Below are positions 16,522 to 26,234 of a stretch of 52,418 nt of DNA, piece after piece (the stretch's first letter is position 1; every line of letters starts with the position of its first letter). A program made the translations under genes and the position numbers. This DNA is from a virus (lineage: Duplodnaviria; Heunggongvirae; Uroviricota; Caudoviricetes), in IMG/VR virus record IMGVR_UViG_3300032579_000006. One strand, given 5' to 3'. A model generated the notes under the pieces. That model had not been told where the DNA came from, ran no database searches, and worked only from the letters and a program-made list of their open reading frames with translations.

Positions 16522-18531
16522 ATGGACATCAACGAACTTCATTCTTTTAAATTATCAGATGCGGTCAAATTCCACACCAAACTAAACCCAAAGCTTTGGA
16601 AGAATGACCAGCTTGATCCATTGGTCAGAGACCAATTATTAGTCATAGCAAAAGATTTTGTGAGCCAATTGGGCGTAGGTGATCTTGATGTGGTTGACGT
16701 AACTATATCTGGATCTAACGCAGCTTTCTCATATACTCCTCATTCTGACTTAGACCTTCACGTTGTTGTGAATATGAGCAAGCTACACGACGATGAAGTC
16801 TATCAGGAATTGTTCAGAGCAAAGAAAACTCTATATAACGATTCGCACGATATCACAGTGCATGGCATTCCAGTCGAACTATATGCGCAGAATGCCGCAG
16901 AGCCGGTCGTATCATTAGGTGAATACAGCCTGCTTCATGACAAGTGGATCAAGATTCCTAAAAGAAAAACAGCCAATCTAGATCAAAATGCTACCAAAGC
17001 AAAGTACGATCAATTAACCGACCTAATCAGTCTAGCAGTAAAGACTAAAGATGAAGATCGTGTCAACAAAGCTATTAAGCTAATTAAGAGATATCGCCAG
17101 GCAGGTCTTGACACAGGTGGCGAATTTAGTCCAGAAAATCTTGCATATAAAGCAATTCGTGCGCAAGGCGGAATCGATGACCTATATGCAGTGCGTGATT
17201 CTCTACACAGTAAAAAGCTAAGCATCGAAGAAGATGACCAGCTACTAGATAAACCAACCCTCACCGTAGATGAACTGGCTAGAAAACACGGTGTAGACCG
17301 AATGTCCATAGCAAAGCAACTGGACAAAGGTATAAAGGTCGAACTAGAACATACTAGTCATAAAGACATTGCGCGAGAGATTGCATTGGATCATATCAGC
17401 GAGGATCCGAAGTATTATGACAAGTTAGCTAAGGCTTCTTTGGAGGAACAGACTTTAACTGAACTAGCAGATGCTCCTTATCCGTATACTCTAACTTCTA
17501 GCGGACCTCACATGCTAGAGTACCAATTTACAGCAGCAAATAATATAAAATATATAGTTGAACTTAAAGTTATGTACGGTGGAGTTAGTTTGCGATTTCA
17601 TGCTGCGGGACAGTCTAGCAATGATGATAGATTTCGCATCACTAAAACCGGCGACTCTATTAAGGTAATGTCTACTATCGCTACAATTCTTCGTTCATAC
17701 ATAAAAGAAAATTCACCGTCTTCAATCTCATTTGGATGTTATGCAGACGAACCCACAAAGGTTAAGCTGTACACTAGTATGGCAAAACGTCTGTCAAAAG
17801 AGTTTCCATATGAAGTTGGTGGACCATATTCGTATAGAGATCCTACATACGGTAATTCTGTGGGATTCAGATTGACCAAAAAAAAACAACAATCAGGTAA
17901 CGTAAACAAAGACTCAGGATACATTCCAAACAGTGCCCAAAAGAATGATCCTGTATTATCTCTTGTCGATAAAGCAAGAGAAAGAATGGGCGAAGATGCA
18001 TTATACGGTGGAAACTGTGGAATGTTCTCGTTGGCTTTAGCAAAAAAATTGAAAGAGGATGGAATCCCGGTCACGCTGGGTTTGCTGTTTAATGATGCTA
18101 ATAATTTAGGAACCCCTTCTGATATTGTAGCCAACGAAGCTGACTTGTATCATGTTGTAGTTGAATATAACGGCAAATATTATGATGGCACAGGGGTCGT
18201 GACACCTAACACGCTGTTAGATATCGCCAAAGACCAGTACGGTGATGACAACCCGGGATGGTTTACTGATGCTGATCCGTTTGATCCGAGCGTACAGCGA
18301 GTAATTCGTAGTGAAACAAACTGGAACAAGCCTGCGTCTACTTTCTATCAAGCGCTAACCGAAGCCTCAGGGTACATTCCAAGCAATTCCCAAAAGAACG
18401 ATCCTCGTTTTAAAACCGCGCTTACGGTAGACGTGAAACCGAACGCAATAAAGAAAAATGCTAAGGCATTCGGATGGCTAACATCACGGGCAGGTATACC
18501 TCCACAAGCCAATCCTAACGGAAAGATTTAA
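16522..18531 (+). CDS. Multidomain protein: Pol-beta-type nucleotidyltransferase + DUF5661-like + unknown domain + papain-like Cys-His-Asp domain
   Basis: ISGSN...SDLDLH NTase signature; KGIKVELEH...IALDHISEDPKYY; GNCGMF...YHVVVEYNGKYYDGTG. Confidence 0.7.
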   Translation: MDINELHSFKLSDAVKFHTKLNPKLWKNDQLDPLVRDQLLVIAKDFVSQLGVGDLDVVDVTISGSNAAFSYTPHSDLDLHVVVNMSKLHDDEVYQELFRAKKTLYNDSHDITVHGIPVELYAQNAAEPVVSLGEYSLLHDKWIKIPKRKTANLDQNATKAKYDQLTDLISLAVKTKDEDRVNKAIKLIKRYRQAGLDTGGEFSPENLAYKAIRAQGGIDDLYAVRDSLHSKKLSIEEDDQLLDKPTLTVDELARKHGVDRMSIAKQLDKGIKVELEHTSHKDIAREIALDHISEDPKYYDKLAKASLEEQTLTELADAPYPYTLTSSGPHMLEYQFTAANNIKYIVELKVMYGGVSLRFHAAGQSSNDDRFRITKTGDSIKVMSTIATILRSYIKENSPSSISFGCYADEPTKVKLYTSMAKRLSKEFPYEVGGPYSYRDPTYGNSVGFRLTKKKQQSGNVNKDSGYIPNSAQKNDPVLSLVDKARERMGEDALYGGNCGMFSLALAKKLKEDGIPVTLGLLFNDANNLGTPSDIVANEADLYHVVVEYNGKYYDGTGVVTPNTLLDIAKDQYGDDNPGWFTDADPFDPSVQRVIRSETNWNKPASTFYQALTEASGYIPSNSQKNDPRFKTALTVDVKPNAIKKNAKAFGWLTSRAGIPPQANPNGKI

Positions 18532-18532
18532 C

Positions 18533-19111
18533 ATGAAAATCAAAGATGTACTGAACGAAGGAATGACGTTTAATCCTGTAGTAGAAAAATCTTTTACTAA
18601 AGGGGAACATGCCGGCGAAACGTATTGGACTGGTTCTGATTGGGAACGCAAAGAGAAACACGAATGTCCTGACTGCAAAGGTACAGGCAAGGGAACATAT
18701 TCAAACGGCGAATTTCCTTGCGTATTCTGCGGCGGCAAAGGGTACGAAGAGGAAACTTTTTCAGATGCGCCGGAGCTTTCGGTCAGTAACGCCAATGGTA
18801 AAATTATTCAAGAAATGTTAGGTTTGGATCCGGATTATTCAGGTGTCATTCATAATAAAGACTTATCTAACATAATGCGTCGATTGATACTGCTTAAAAA
18901 CAAAGGTGCTCAGCAGTACACCAGAGAGCCTAAACAAGAACGTGGCCCGACACATCAATGGACAGATGACCATGGAATCACACATATAGGTCGCGGCCCA
19001 ACGATGCACGACTATGGCCTCAGTCAAGATCAGATTAATAAGTACGTGGACAGACTCATTCAGATTATTCAATTCGCACAAAAAAACAATGCGAGTTTGG
19101 GCTGGGGTTGA
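18533..19111 (+). CDS. Zn-finger (CxxCxGxG x2) protein, probable internal head protein
   Basis: CPDCKGTG and CVFCGGKG; N-terminus MKIKDVLNE. Confidence 0.6.
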   Translation: MKIKDVLNEGMTFNPVVEKSFTKGEHAGETYWTGSDWERKEKHECPDCKGTGKGTYSNGEFPCVFCGGKGYEEETFSDAPELSVSNANGKIIQEMLGLDPDYSGVIHNKDLSNIMRRLILLKNKGAQQYTREPKQERGPTHQWTDDHGITHIGRGPTMHDYGLSQDQINKYVDRLIQIIQFAQKNNASLGWG

Positions 19112-19136
19112 CATTTACCCAAATGCTTATTAATGT
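19108..19136 (+). promoter_or_regulatory. sigma70-like early promoter
   Basis: TTGACA-17-TAATGT, with ATG 19143 six nt after the -10. Confidence 0.55.
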
Positions 19137-19142
19137 GCGGAC

Positions 19143-19412
19143 ATGATTACATTTCTAGACTCCATCGAAGCGCAGACTGTCCTAGTCGATCTAACTAAAC
19201 AACTCAACCGACTTCCTTATAATTCCGACTTGCACAGGTTACATATTAATCTGTATGGTCTGATTTCAGAACTAAGCAAACTTGAGGTGTATGCAAGGAG
19301 AACCGGCCCCCGCTCTCGTTGGACTATCGCACGTAATAAGAAGAAGGCGGAGATCCAAACTGCCATGTCCTACTTAGCTCAATTGCTACTCATTGCGCAG
19401 TTGATGGCTTGA
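19143..19412 (+). CDS. Hypothetical protein
   Basis: 89-aa ORF directly behind a promoter. Confidence 0.65.
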   Translation: MITFLDSIEAQTVLVDLTKQLNRLPYNSDLHRLHINLYGLISELSKLEVYARRTGPRSRWTIARNKKKAEIQTAMSYLAQLLLIAQLMA

Positions 19413-19535
19413 AACATTCAGAAACAAAAAAGCGGTTGACTTAGCTTTCTAGCTGCGTTATTTTTAATCATAGATTGACCAACAGGAAACAAATCTCAAT
19501 CTCGTTTTTTAACAAACTTAAGGAGCTATATAAAC

Positions 19536-20636
19536 ATGTCTCGTGATATTGACACTCACACGATTACTTCTACTCAGGCCCGAAAGGCCATCCTCACTGC
19601 TTTCAAGGCAAAGCGTCCTGTCTTCCTCTGGGGTCCTCCGGGCATCGGCAAGTCGGAAGTCGTTCAGGAAATCACTGACGAACTCGGTGGTATCATGTTT
19701 GATCTGCGTATGGCGCAGATGGAACCTACTGACATTCGCGGTATTCCCTTCTACAATAAGTACATCGGCAAGATGGATTGGGCTGAGCCCGTCGATCTGC
19801 CCAGTCAAGAAGTCGCCGATCAATATCCGATCGTCGTTCTGTTCCTCGATGAAATGAACTCTGCTCCCCCTTCGGTGCAAGCTGCTGGCTATCAGCTGGT
19901 TCTGAACCGTCGAGTCGGTAAGTACGTCCTCCCCGATAACGTCGTCATCGTTGCTGCTGGCAACCGTGACAGTGACAAGGGTGTCACGTATCGTATGCCC
20001 ATGCCCCTTGCTAATCGCTTCGTTCACCTCGAAATGAAGTATGATTTCGCTTCTTGGCAGATTTGGGCGGTCAACAAGAACATTCACAAGGACGTTGTCG
20101 GCTATCTGTCTTTCTCTAAGCAAGACGGTTATGACTTCGACGCTAAGAGCTCCAGTCGAGCCTTCGCTACTCCTCGTTCTTGGACTTTCGTGAGCGATCT
20201 GCTCGTTGACGAACAAAACGTGGATAACGATACTCTGTTCAATCTCGTTGCCGGCGCGATCGGTGATGGTCTCGCAACGAAGTTCATGGCTCACCGTCGA
20301 GTTGCTGGTCAGATGCCTGACCCGGCTGACATTCTTGAAGGTAGGGTCAAGGATCTTAAGGTCAAGGAAATCTCGGCTATGTACTCGTTGACGATCTCCA
20401 TGTGCTATGAACTGAAGGACGCTCTCGAAAACAAGCGTGTGGACAACAAGAAGTTCCATGAAATGGGCAGCAACTTCATCGAATACATCATGAATAATTT
20501 CGAGACGGAACTGGTGGTCATGGGCGCTAAGATCGCCCTCAAGACTTACAAGCTGCCGCTTGAGCCCTCGCAACTGCGTAACTTTGATGAATTCTACAAG
20601 AAGTACGGCAAGTACATTGTAGAAGCTGGCAACTAA
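19536..20636 (+). CDS. MoxR-like AAA+ ATPase
   Basis: GPPGIGKS Walker A, LFLDEMN Walker B, AAGNR, LANRFVH, TPRSW; AAGGAG SD; own sigma70-like promoter near 19436-19464. Confidence 0.9.
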   Translation: MSRDIDTHTITSTQARKAILTAFKAKRPVFLWGPPGIGKSEVVQEITDELGGIMFDLRMAQMEPTDIRGIPFYNKYIGKMDWAEPVDLPSQEVADQYPIVVLFLDEMNSAPPSVQAAGYQLVLNRRVGKYVLPDNVVIVAAGNRDSDKGVTYRMPMPLANRFVHLEMKYDFASWQIWAVNKNIHKDVVGYLSFSKQDGYDFDAKSSSRAFATPRSWTFVSDLLVDEQNVDNDTLFNLVAGAIGDGLATKFMAHRRVAGQMPDPADILEGRVKDLKVKEISAMYSLTISMCYELKDALENKRVDNKKFHEMGSNFIEYIMNNFETELVVMGAKIALKTYKLPLEPSQLRNFDEFYKKYGKYIVEAGN

Positions 20637-20649
20637 GTCAGCGGCTCCT

Positions 20650-20683
20650 GGGGAGGGATTAGAGACAGTCCCTCCCCTTTTTT
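20650..20683 (+). terminator. Rho-independent terminator
   Basis: GGGAGGGA/TCCCTCCC stem followed by a T run. Confidence 0.8.
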
Positions 20684-20751
20684 CTATTATCTATTGCATA
20701 TCATGCCGCATTCTGTTATATTGTCTTATAACTTAATCAAAGGACACATTC

Positions 20752-22041
20752 ATGAGCGCCGTAATTACCCCTACTAAAAAGAGCAAGCGTACTCGCAGCA
20801 AGAAGTACGAAAATCTTATCGGTCCTATGGATCCTAAGATTGATGCTCAAGCCCGCGAACGTCTTGTTACGGCACGCATCGGTCTCCTTCTGCGTCATGC
20901 GTTTTTCGGCAACCTTGCTACTCGTCTTGCTCTTACTAATGCGGACGAATGGTGTCCGACTGCTGCGACCGACGGTCTGAGATTTTACTATAACTCTCGC
21001 TTCATCATGATGCTCAAGACGAAGGAAGTTGAATTCCTCGTTGGTCACGAAGTTCTGCACGTGGTCTACGATCACATGGGTCGTCGTGACAATCGTGATC
21101 CGGAAATCTGGAACATCGCTGATGACTATGCAGTCAACGCAGACTTGAAGCGTCACCGCGTGGGCGAATTTATTACTACTGTGCCTTGCTTGTATGAGTC
21201 TAAGTACGAAAACTGGGCCGCAGAAGCCATCTACGATGACCTCATGAAGAATGTCAAGTACATCAATATTGAGGATCTCCTCGACAAGATGTTGGACGAT
21301 CACGTTGACGGTGACGACGACGGCGACGGCCGCGCAGGCGGCGACAAACCTGGCAAGGGCCGCCCCAAGCTTTCTCAGGAAGAAAAGGACCGCATTCGTC
21401 AAGAGGTCCGTCAAGCGGTAATCAACGCTGCTTCTACGGCTGAGGCTGGCACTGTTCCGAAGGGCGTTGAACGCATGATCAAGCAACTGACTAGCCCGAT
21501 CATGCCCTGGCGCGAATTGATCCAAACTAATCTGACCTCTGCTATCAAGTCTGATTATACTTGGATGCGTCCTTCTCGTCGCAGCTGGCACATGGACGCT
21601 GTCATGCCCGGCATGAATCCTGGCGAAGAAATTGACGTTGACATTTATATCGACATGTCAGGTTCTATCTCGCAGAAGCAAGGTATGCAGTTTCTTTCGG
21701 AAGTTGCCGGCATGATGGATGCGTTCGATGGCTACAGCCTTCGGGTCTCGACATTCGACACTAAGGTCTATAACACTCAAGAATTTTCTTCTGAAAACAT
21801 GGAAAACATTGAGGAGTATCAACTGTTCGGTGGCGGTGGCACTGACTTTGACTGCGTATTCGATGACCTTAAGGAAGCAGGACGAGTTCCGGCTCGTCTG
21901 ATCGTCTTCACGGACGGGTATCCTTGCGGCAGCTGGGGCGATCAAAATTACTGTGATACGACTTGGATCATTCACGGTGACCCCGATCCTCACCCGCCCT
22001 TCGGTCAATGGGCCATTTATGATGACCATCGCAAGTCCTAA
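20752..22041 (+). CDS. Metallopeptidase-like (HEXXH) + vWA domain protein (DUF2201-like)
   Basis: TAATDG, GHEVLH, WNIADDYAVN; C-terminal IDMSGS MIDAS, GGGGTDF, VFTDG. Promoter TTGCAT-17-TATATT upstream. Confidence 0.88.
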   Translation: MSAVITPTKKSKRTRSKKYENLIGPMDPKIDAQARERLVTARIGLLLRHAFFGNLATRLALTNADEWCPTAATDGLRFYYNSRFIMMLKTKEVEFLVGHEVLHVVYDHMGRRDNRDPEIWNIADDYAVNADLKRHRVGEFITTVPCLYESKYENWAAEAIYDDLMKNVKYINIEDLLDKMLDDHVDGDDDGDGRAGGDKPGKGRPKLSQEEKDRIRQEVRQAVINAASTAEAGTVPKGVERMIKQLTSPIMPWRELIQTNLTSAIKSDYTWMRPSRRSWHMDAVMPGMNPGEEIDVDIYIDMSGSISQKQGMQFLSEVAGMMDAFDGYSLRVSTFDTKVYNTQEFSSENMENIEEYQLFGGGGTDFDCVFDDLKEAGRVPARLIVFTDGYPCGSWGDQNYCDTTWIIHGDPDPHPPFGQWAIYDDHRKS

Positions 22042-22323
22042 CTTCAAGGGCATACTAAGCATCGGGGAAGTAATCTATGAATCCCCAGATAGCGGAAAGA
22101 CGATCTACGCCAGAAAGCGTGGGTCGTCTGATCGCATTCTAGTACAAGATTTAAAATCTGAATTAGGACAGCAGAATCCGATTATAGAGCGCGTAAAAAA
22201 CGTTGCGATATCATGTATGACATAGTAAGGCTAGCAGAAAACAACGTTGCACTAAACGACCAACTTGAAAAGCTGGAAATGTTATACGCACTTGTTAAGG
22301 CAGAAAACCGTGAAAACAATTGA
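22019..22323 (+). CDS. Small conserved-type phage protein split across two frames (-1 discontinuity near 22195-22201)
   Basis: IYESPDSGKTIYARK in one frame (stop 22225); the -1 frame continues MYDIVRLAENNVALNDQLEKLEMLY to 22323. Confidence 0.5.
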
Positions 22324-22561
22324 CGACATTAACATAAATCAGTGGTTCATGGACCGAGAATTAAGTCATACCCCTGAACATTTTATAAGATCAAGCACTC
22401 CTTTTACTATCGAGTCGCGCATGTGGATTTTGGAAAGCCTTCAAGGCAGATTTTCTACACATTACCCCAACACATCGACCTATATTATGAATAGAATAGC
22501 ACTTTGTCCATCGTTTGAAGATCCACAAGAAGCAGTGTTTTACGAACTCAAGTGGGGCTAG
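22310..22561 (+). CDS. Small protein, 'FxxExDxxxFxLxW' family
   Basis: GTG start; ends SFEDPQEAVFYELKWG. Confidence 0.6.
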   Translation: MKTIDDININQWFMDRELSHTPEHFIRSSTPFTIESRMWILESLQGRFSTHYPNTSTYIMNRIALCPSFEDPQEAVFYELKWG

Positions 22562-23192
22562 GTCTTACTAGTTCCCACCCTCCAGTAGCGTTAAGTCCTT
22601 TGTTATTTACAATACGACTAATTGCACCGGACTTGAGATTATAACATGTCCTTAATTGATAATTCGTCATTGATACTACCTCCCCGGTCATACGATTTTT
22701 CCAAGTTCTAACAGTATGGTCATACTGCGGATGTTTTTCTTTTTTCTTGGGGTCATTAACAAAATGATGAGTCCCGGCAGCAAGTCTGTTTAATTGTCGT
22801 TTACTGGCAGCTTCCCTGTCCAACCAATTATGTGTTCCATTAAGAATGCGGTCTCTGTTTAGTTGCGCTTGGTGCTTGTTGGGCCCAACCCAAGGATGCT
22901 TGCCCGTTTTAACTAGCTTGTTAGCATTTTTTGTTGCGAGGGCTACTAGCTCATCGGGAAGTAAGTTGATCCTACTTGACATTTTTACACAAGCTGCCCA
23001 ATCACCCTGTGAATAATGAATGTTGTAATGTTCTTGTATAGATACACATTTCAAGTTAGCAGGATTATTATTGGAATGATTTCCGTCTATATGATGTATT
23101 TCATATGACCGACCCGACTCTTCCTTAGGAATTGGACCGTAGTGATGTTCATAGATATTACGGTACTTGTTTGTACCACAATAAATACACAT
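22548..23192 (-). mobile_element. HNH homing endonuclease, paralog of 12434-13096
   Basis: YRNIYEHHYGPIPK, EIHHIDGNHSNNNPANL, GTH(N/H)(W/F) repeats. It is the only clear minus-strand gene in the window. Confidence 0.85.
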
Positions 23193-23260
23193 GCTGATTG
23201 CTACTTATAAGCTGTTAGAGTGAGTGGGTACTAGTAATACTGCGACTCACACTTATTTAT
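23181..23260 (-). ncRNA. Conserved structured leader of HNH gene 2
   Basis: Reverse complement reads ATAAATA-AG-TGTGAGTCGC-AGTATTACTAGTAC-CCACTCACTCTAA-CAGCTTATAAGT-AGCAATCAGCATG-TGTATTTAT, aligning with 12369-12445. Confidence 0.7.
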
Positions 23261-23317
23261 CTTTTTTATACCAACACACCCTACTCACTAAATACTTTTA
23301 GCAAAGGAGAATTAATA

Positions 23318-24022
23318 ATGTCATTTATCCGCCATGTAGGGAAGCACGGAGACCGTAAGGTAGCAATTGTATTTCGGGAAGTGCCCGGTGAACCCCATAT
23401 GTGTCTAGTAGTGTATACGGAACTACTCAATCAGAATATTCACGATCCGATGATTCAATGCATCGAAAGCGATATTGGTCAAAGCAGTGAAGACCTAGCT
23501 AACGCACTTAACCGGTCTTACACCAAAGATGGACAACTTATTCTACAGAAGTTACATGCTGAAGGTATGTTGAAGAAGGTTCAGACTGAACATATCGTTA
23601 TGACACCTGCACCAAACACAAGAATCAAGCTCAATGAGCTTAATAAGATTCTAGACGAAATGAAGCAAGGTGAGCAAGCAGTAAAGAAGCTAGCTGAAAT
23701 GGACAAGCAGATGGGTATGCAAGACCCAATGCAAGTCGCTAAGAGAATGCGCGGCGATAGTGAACCAAAGCCCACAGCACCAGTGGGGCTTCAAGCAAGC
23801 GGTGATGCTTTAGGTGATTCGGTATTAGCTAACAATCTTCGTCAACAAGCAGAACGCATGAGTGCAGAAGCTAAGGGGCTACTAACCGAAGCAGATCGGT
23901 TACTCAATGAAGCCCGGTCGTTAGATCCAACTGTAGTGCCACAAGCAACTACGGTTTCGGTAAAAACATCCGAAGATAAGAAGACACGAGGTAGACCAAA
24001 GAAGGTCACCATTACCGCATAA
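23318..24022 (+). CDS. Hypothetical late protein
   Basis: TAAATA at 23289-94, AAGGAG SD, 234-aa ORF with coiled-coil C-terminus. Confidence 0.8.
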   Translation: MSFIRHVGKHGDRKVAIVFREVPGEPHMCLVVYTELLNQNIHDPMIQCIESDIGQSSEDLANALNRSYTKDGQLILQKLHAEGMLKKVQTEHIVMTPAPNTRIKLNELNKILDEMKQGEQAVKKLAEMDKQMGMQDPMQVAKRMRGDSEPKPTAPVGLQASGDALGDSVLANNLRQQAERMSAEAKGLLTEADRLLNEARSLDPTVVPQATTVSVKTSEDKKTRGRPKKVTITA

Positions 24023-24036
24023 AGGCTAGTAAATAA

Positions 24037-24333
24037 ATGTCCCCTGAATTTATTCAAAAATGGGAGCGGTTAATTGAAGGTGTTGACAAGCAGACCTTTC
24101 CGTTACAGTTTGTCAAGAAGCTAATATTACGTTTACGCGGTAAAAAGCAACAGACAATTAATATTGCTAAGCTATTGGGTCAAGGAGTTGCTCCTGAGGA
24201 AATCGAAGAAGTGATAAGCAGAAAACTTATCGAACTTGGCGATGATGTGCTTAGTATTGAGTTTATGTTAGATATACAAAGCATAGCAGAAACTGTTCAG
24301 CCTGAAACAGATAAACTATTGAATGGATTATGA
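24037..24333 (+). CDS. Hypothetical protein
   Basis: 98-aa ORF coupled to neighbours. Confidence 0.7.
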   Translation: MSPEFIQKWERLIEGVDKQTFPLQFVKKLILRLRGKKQQTINIAKLLGQGVAPEEIEEVISRKLIELGDDVLSIEFMLDIQSIAETVQPETDKLLNGL

Positions 24334-24794
24334 AACTCAGTATTGCAGCGGACCCCAACGGTGGAATAGGATATAAAAACAGATTGCCCTGGATTAAACT
24401 TCAGGGCGATTTGCCAAGATTTAAGTATTTAACCGATAACCAAACCGTAATTATGGGAAGAAACACCTGGGATAGTCTTCCTATAAAACCGTTGTACAAT
24501 AGGCACAATATAGTAGTTTCAAGTCAAACGTTTACCATGCCTGAAAAATCGGAATGCATTACATACGCTGCCCTAATAAAAAACATGTCATCATTTGATG
24601 ACGCATGGCTCATCGGAGGTGCTCAGCTTGTAAATGCATGTTGGGATTACGTAACCGAAGTTTATTTGTCTAAGACCTTTGCCCAATACGATTGTGATAA
24701 ATTCATTGATTTGTTATACTTAACAGATCATTATTATATATTAGACAGCGATGTATTTCCTGACCATGAGTATCAAATTTGGAAGCGTAAATGA
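24330..24794 (+). CDS. folA: Dihydrofolate reductase
   Basis: IGYKNRLPW, DLPRFK, VIMGRNTW, PLYNRHNIVVS, IGGAQL, CDKF. Confidence 0.95.
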   Translation: MKLSIAADPNGGIGYKNRLPWIKLQGDLPRFKYLTDNQTVIMGRNTWDSLPIKPLYNRHNIVVSSQTFTMPEKSECITYAALIKNMSSFDDAWLIGGAQLVNACWDYVTEVYLSKTFAQYDCDKFIDLLYLTDHYYILDSDVFPDHEYQIWKRK

Positions 24795-25684
24795 AAGAAT
24801 ACTTAAACCTATTACAGGACATTTTAGATAATGGTGAATTACGAAATGACCGCACTGGTGTAGGCACGATCAGTGTTTTCGGGCGCCAACTTCGCTTTGA
24901 CTTGTCAAAAGGATTTCCGGCAGTAACGACAAAGAAACTTGCGTGGAACGCATGTAAGTCTGAATTACTTTGGTTTTTAGAAGGAAGTAATGATGAACGA
25001 AGGTTATGTGAGATTCTACACGATACCAGAGAGTCAGGGTATAACACGATCTGGACAGGAAATGCTCAAGCAACTTACTGGGCAGATAAAAAGAGACACG
25101 TCGGAGACCTTGGACGAGTATACGGAGTCCAGTGGCGGCACTGGAGAACACCGCCGGATTACATCTACGAACACGGAGACTTGCATGTCTCAAGTGGTCC
25201 AATTGCAGAAGTTGACCAAATAAAGAATCTAATCGAAGGCATCAAGAAAGACCCCAATGGTCGTCGCCACATCCTATCGGCGTGGAACGTAGGTGAATTA
25301 GATCAAATGGCACTTCCTCCGTGTCACGTTATGAGCCAGTACTATGTCAGTACGGGCAGAAAGCTAAGCTGTCATATGTACCAAAGGAGTGTGGATGTCT
25401 TTTTAGGCCTTCCCTTTAACATCGCAAGTTACGCTCTACTAACTAGCATGATTGCGCATGTATGTGATCTGGAAGTAGGAGAGTTGATAATCTCTACTGG
25501 TGATACTCATATCTATCAAAATCATGTGGAACAAGTTAAGGAGCAGTTGTTAAGAGAACCGTATGCTTCTCCCATTCTTTATCTGAATCCAGATGTAAAA
25601 GATATTGACAAATTTACAATGGATGATATAGTGTTAGATGACTACATCAGCCACAGTACCATAAAGGCCGTTATGGCTGTATGA
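24791..25684 (+). CDS. thyA: Thymidylate synthase (ThyA)
   Basis: DRTGVGT, FPAVTTKK, LGRVYGVQWR, MALPPCH, YQRSVDVFLGLPFNIASY, GDTHIYQNH. Confidence 0.97.
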   Translation: MKEYLNLLQDILDNGELRNDRTGVGTISVFGRQLRFDLSKGFPAVTTKKLAWNACKSELLWFLEGSNDERRLCEILHDTRESGYNTIWTGNAQATYWADKKRHVGDLGRVYGVQWRHWRTPPDYIYEHGDLHVSSGPIAEVDQIKNLIEGIKKDPNGRRHILSAWNVGELDQMALPPCHVMSQYYVSTGRKLSCHMYQRSVDVFLGLPFNIASYALLTSMIAHVCDLEVGELIISTGDTHIYQNHVEQVKEQLLREPYASPILYLNPDVKDIDKFTMDDIVLDDYISHSTIKAVMAV

Positions 25685-25911
25685 AAACGAATTATAAGTA
25701 TCTCATATATGAGTATTATTCTACTGCCTATGAACTTCCGGCGTCGTTGCAGTGGTGTTTGCCGCAAGATAAATCAGATTTCTTAGACCGTAATAGAATT
25801 GCGATAAATCATGAGCAATTACGGGACGCGCAGCGAGACCTAACAATACATAGAATATATGGAATTTTTACCCCTGAACTTTTAACTTTTTGGAAGCTTA
25901 AATTCGAATGA
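25681..25911 (+). CDS. Hypothetical, weak member of the '...FxLxW/F' family
   Basis: Ends FTPELLTFWKLKFE. Confidence 0.6.
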   Translation: MKTNYKYLIYEYYSTAYELPASLQWCLPQDKSDFLDRNRIAINHEQLRDAQRDLTIHRIYGIFTPELLTFWKLKFE

Positions 25912-26234
25912 TTAACTTGACATTTAGCATCACTAATCCATTTTGGAATTCAGACTACTTTGCTTCTGTCTACGAGAAGCACGGCAAAATCTCCGAACAT
26001 AAATGTTGGGAGATTCAAGGTATGAGAGACGATAGTATCCTAGCGGTTGATTTTAGAATCACATCTAGAGAAGATCATGCTGGTATTACTTTAGAATTGG
26101 GACTTGTGGGCCACCGTATTGCCTTCCAAATCTACGATAATCGGCATTGGAATTACGATGAACAACGTTGGTACAATTACGGGGAAGAATTAGATGCCTG
26201 CGGAGTCGAAGATAATGAAGACGAGAAAACTTAA
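25908..26234 (+). CDS. Hypothetical protein
   Basis: DHAG...IYDNRHW motif; overlapping start and stop codons with neighbours. Confidence 0.7.
   Translation: MINLTFSITNPFWNSDYFASVYEKHGKISEHKCWEIQGMRDDSILAVDFRITSREDHAGITLELGLVGHRIAFQIYDNRHWNYDEQRWYNYGEELDACGVEDNEDEKT

Noticed and set aside
19518-21591. Long minus-strand ORFs (351 and 284 aa), plus similar ones at 40733-41392 and 41617-42177
   Set aside because: They are antisense shadows of GC-richer + strand genes with clear motifs, and have no motifs, SD or promoter of their own.
22150-22156. T_TTA_AAA slippery heptamer
   Set aside because: A -1 slip here meets TGA two codons later (22159-61), so it cannot explain the downstream frame.
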